Assembly: GCF_020745735.1 (NCBI RefSeq)
Contig: NC_083406.1
Coordinates: forward strand, 26,968,255-27,032,254
Reading direction: 5' to 3'
DNA from: Hemiscyllium ocellatum
Lineage: Eukaryota
DNA: 64,000 nt
Under the pieces are notes generated by a model. That model did no database searches, was not told the origin of the DNA, and saw only the letters and a program-made list of their open reading frames with translations. This document shows positions 60,453 to 64,000 of the stretch, in pieces; positions within the stretch are counted from its first letter, which is position 1, and each line of letters starts with the position of its first letter. Position numbers and translations under genes: made by a program.

Positions 60453-62058
60453 AAAAGAAAAGCTGTACTTTCTTCTATGTTTTGGGGTTTAAATTCTATT
60501 TCTCTTAAAATGGACAACTAGCTTGGAGATAAAATGGCCGAGGCTGATTACATGATTATACTTTCAGGAGCTTCTGAAAACCGTGCATTGCATTGAATGA
60601 ATTCCAAATAAAGCTCACACAAAGGACTTGGAGACTAATCAGTTCTGGACAAAGGAAAAACATCAAAACCATTATGCTGAAATAGATGCTAACACTTTTA
60701 CAGATACCTCTTTACCTCACAATGGAAACTCTGATGGGGGAGGTGAAGTTACACTGTGAACTTTATGACCCTCCAATTAGTCCACTAAAATGGGATATCA
60801 GCACTTGAAATTATACCTGACTGAAATCAGAGCTTGTCAAATTGCTTAGATATACAATGCTGGGATTCTAAGTCAGTTACTACTTAATGTGCAAAGGGAC
60901 AGCAGGACCCAAGGATGAGTTGGCAGCCTGTTTTGAAACCTCTATCTCTCTATACAAGTTTCTCATTGGACAGAGGCCTATACTTTGCCTGGAAGAAGGA
61001 AAGCTAATGGGCTTAGCTCAACGAGGGAAAAAAAATCATTGGACACTGACCTTTGAAATTCACATGAATTGACTCTTAATACCTCTGGATTTATCACTCC
61101 ATCTAGTTTATAAACCAACTCCCCTCCTGTCCTGTCTTCCTTGTTAATTTCCTGTGTGCTATTGTGCTTGAATGTAGTCACAAAGCAATTCTCCCATGTT
61201 TCTGAGATTCACTGGACCTGAAACATTAACGATGCCTTCTCTTCGCAGATGCTGCCAAACCTACTGAGCTTTTCCTGCAACTTCTGTTTTTGTCCTCCAT
61301 GTTTTGAATTATTTGTTTATAAACTATATCTTTTTGTTTTCAAAGTTAAAGGATTTTGATGTGGATTTTTTCCAACATTTGGAATTTTAAAAACAGGGTT
61401 TGGGGAAACAGCCTTGTGCCTACCTATGAGGGATAAGAGTAACAGAAAGGAGTAAATCAAAAACACCTTGTTTTGTTAACTTAAATGAAGTAAAGTCAAC
61501 AAAATTTAAATTCAATCCCATATTCCTCTTTGTCCATGATCATACTGACTATAGAGTAAAGTTCTGTGTTACATCATTAGGACATTGTGCTGCTGACATC
61601 ATAGGACATGCCTGGTGACCGGAGGGATCTAGTTCATACATGAGACACTAGGCATACAATCAAGTTCTGTACTATGGGAGATGCTCAACCTGGAAAAAGT
61701 GAAATTGAGAGTGTGGAGAGGCAGAAAACCAACTGGAGAAAATGGACAGATCCTCAGAATTAACAGAAAGGCATACTTATTGCCAGAAATTCAACACATG
61801 GGGTAGAGATTGTTTCCGTTCCACATGTAAGAGATCACATGAATGATTATTATGGTGCTAACCATATTCATGTTTCAGAGGATTAGAAGTTAAATCAAGT
61901 AGACGGTAGCAATTTGTGTACGCTGGCTTTATTATGAAAAGGCAACCAACAAATCTCCATTCTTCTTGGGAGACTAGTAGTATGCTCACCCAGCTGATTG
62001 CAACATTTTGTTTTGCAACTAATTTATCTCTGGGATTTAAAAAATGGTCCTCACCCAT

Positions 62059-62186
62059 NNNNNNNNNNNNNNNNNNNNNNNNNNNNNNNNNNNNNNNNNN
62101 NNNNNNNNNNNNNNNNNNNNNNNNNNNNNNNNNNNNNNNNNNNNNNNNNNNNNNNNNNNNNNNNNNNNNNNNNNNNNNNNNNNNNN
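62059..62186. other. Assembly gap (128 N)
   Basis: Run of N. Confidence 0.99.
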
Positions 62187-62769
62187 GAAATATCAAGGAC
62201 TAGTGTGTGATTTCAGTCCATGTACTGGTAGGAAAACTCATTTCAAGATACAAGCACCCTTCACAAAAGCTCTGAAGATGATCAAACGTATGTGGGTGCC
62301 CTAGCTGAAACCGTACAAAATGAATGTTCGTCTTCTGATGATTTAAATACACCTTGCTGAACAAACACATTTAGGTGTAGTTTATTTTCTTTTCCACATC
62401 ACTCTGCCACTACTACTCAAATGCTGCAGGGAAACAATATTTTTCTTTAAACCAGCAGCCAGCCACCTGGTTTATTCACTTAGTCTGCAATCCCAGGTCA
62501 AGCAAAAACAGCCCCACTCACCTATCAAAGACAGAATTGCTCTGTGAGGAGGTCAAAGGTTTGATTTCAGTAAGTATTATCTTACAAGATCACTTTTTGC
62601 CCAAAGGGAGAAGAAAAACAGCCAAGAGTCTAATAATAAATGAGCTTTTATTCCCTGAGGCTGGGAGCCAGTTAAGACAACTTCTTTGAAAGCTTCTTTC
62701 AACTATTGCTAGACAACAAGGAAAACAATCTTGAATGACACTCGATTTTAAACTTTAAAATTGACATTA

Positions 62770-62982
62770 CAGTCAGTTCTGCTGTAATGCAGTAGTTCCG
62801 ATTTTGTGCAATCCCAATGGCTAAGAAAATCGTGCAATCGCATTGAAACTAATGGCGCCAGAATTGCATTATAACCAATGCATGCTGTAAAAGTTTGTGC
62901 TTCAGAAACAGTGTCTCCAATATGTTAATCGTGTTATAGTAAATTTGCATTAACAAAAAGAGTGTTATAGCTGAATGACCTG
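62770..62982. mobile_element. Tigger/pogo-like MITE
   Basis: TA|CAGTCAGTTCTGCTGTAATGC ... GTGTTATAGCTGAATGACCTG|TA. Confidence 0.7.
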
Positions 62983-62994
62983 TACTTCTTTAAT

Positions 62995-63345
62995 TTCAAA
63001 AATATATTTTATTCACAAAATATTTCTTTGTATATACATTGTCACAAAAGCAGTTTGGTTCTGTACAGTTGCTTACCAAGTAAATAGCAAAACGTTGGAC
63101 TTTGACTCTATCCAAAAACACCAAAGACCTCTCTTGCACATACCATAATAATATTTACATATATTTGAGGCGTGAAGAGGATCTGAATGGAATAACTGAA
63201 TGGAACCCCATTTAATTTTAGCAGGCAATTCTCAGACAGTGGTCTTTCCCCACTGTGCCTTGGCAGCACCTGTCCCAAGCTTTAATGCGTCCCTCAGCAC
63301 ATCGTCTTGGAACTTGGAATGTGGCAGTCTGCAACACCAGGGCAC
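62995..63345 (-). mobile_element. Tx1/L1-clade LINE 3' end
   Basis: Minus strand encodes CCRLPHSKFQDDVLRDALKLGTGAAKAQWGKTTV*, followed by an AT-rich 3' UTR with AATAAA; clade assignment from memory. Confidence 0.6.
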
Positions 63346-63599
63346 GCTCAACTCCTTATTCTGGGACCTTACATTTCAACTCAAACTGGAGACAAGGAAG
63401 AGGTTCCTTATTTTATAAGGAACAAAGCAGACTTCATAGGAGCAGTCAAGAAACTACCTTACACATGGAGGTCTCATTCTGTTAGAAAGAAATCCAACAG
63501 GTACAAATGTTTTGTTCGTTCAGTAACTTTTTCATGCTTATAAGCAAAAGTTTTCTTTTCAATAGGTCACATCTTCAAGGAACATTAGGGGCATGCAAA

Positions 63600-64000
63600 T
63601 GCAGAACTGACCAATCCAACATAGCAAAGATAAGTGGGAAAACGGAGGACTGGGAAGCTTTTAAAGAACAATAGAGGATTACTAAGAAGGAAATACGCAG
63701 AGAAAAAATGAGGTCTGAAGGCCAATAATATAAAGGAGGATTGTGAAAGTTTTTTTAGGTATGTGAAAGGCAAAAAAATGATTAAGACTAAAATTGAGCC
63801 CTTGAAGACAGAAACAGGGGAATATATGACAGGGAACAAAGAAATGGCAGAAGAATTGAATTGGTACTTCAGATCTGTGTTCACTGGGGAAGACACAAGC
63901 AATCTCCCTGAGATAACAGTGGCTGAAGGACCTAAACTGAAGGGAATTTATATTTGCCAGGAATTGGTGTTGGAGAGACTGTTAGGTCTGAAGTTTGATA
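63600..64000 (+). mobile_element. CR1-type LINE ORF2 fragment running off the window
   Basis: FFRYVKGKKMIKTKIEPLKTETGE...KEMAEELNWYFRSVFT, the CR1 ORF2 linker. Confidence 0.85.

Noticed and set aside
61858-62304. ORFs spanning the N run
   Set aside because: Artefacts of the assembly gap.

Overview
This is eukaryotic, repeat-rich genomic DNA, most likely from a cartilaginous fish (shark). That is inferred from HE1-type V-SINEs, CR1/HER1-type LINEs and Deu-domain SINEs. The only host coding sequence I can support is a 165-bp internal exon of the Dachshund transcription factor DACH1 on the minus strand (45993-46157, poly-Ala exon, phase 1-1), so the whole window is probably DACH1 intronic sequence. 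The rest is a layered transposon landscape: CR1 LINEs (one young 5'-truncated copy, one 5'-complete but internally deleted copy with an ORF1 zinc finger and esterase), L2-like and Tx1/L1-like fragments, V-SINEs, Deu-SINEs, Tigger-like MITEs and many Penelope-like element (PLE) remnants. The most notable structure is a set of minimal hammerhead ribozyme motifs (CUGAnGA-stem II-GAAA-palindromic tetramer) carried by several PLE families with covarying stems. They occur in a 1.8-kb PLE with inverted pseudo-LTRs (pLTRs), in three 200-250 bp fold-back elements and in 75-100 bp mini-insertions, each flanked by a target-site duplication (TSD). Several repeat-free stretches, one retaining CpGs, are candidate conserved non-coding elements of DACH1. 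There is a 128-N gap at 62059-62186. Repeat boundaries are by eye and approximate unless a TSD or terminal inverted repeat (TIR) is quoted.
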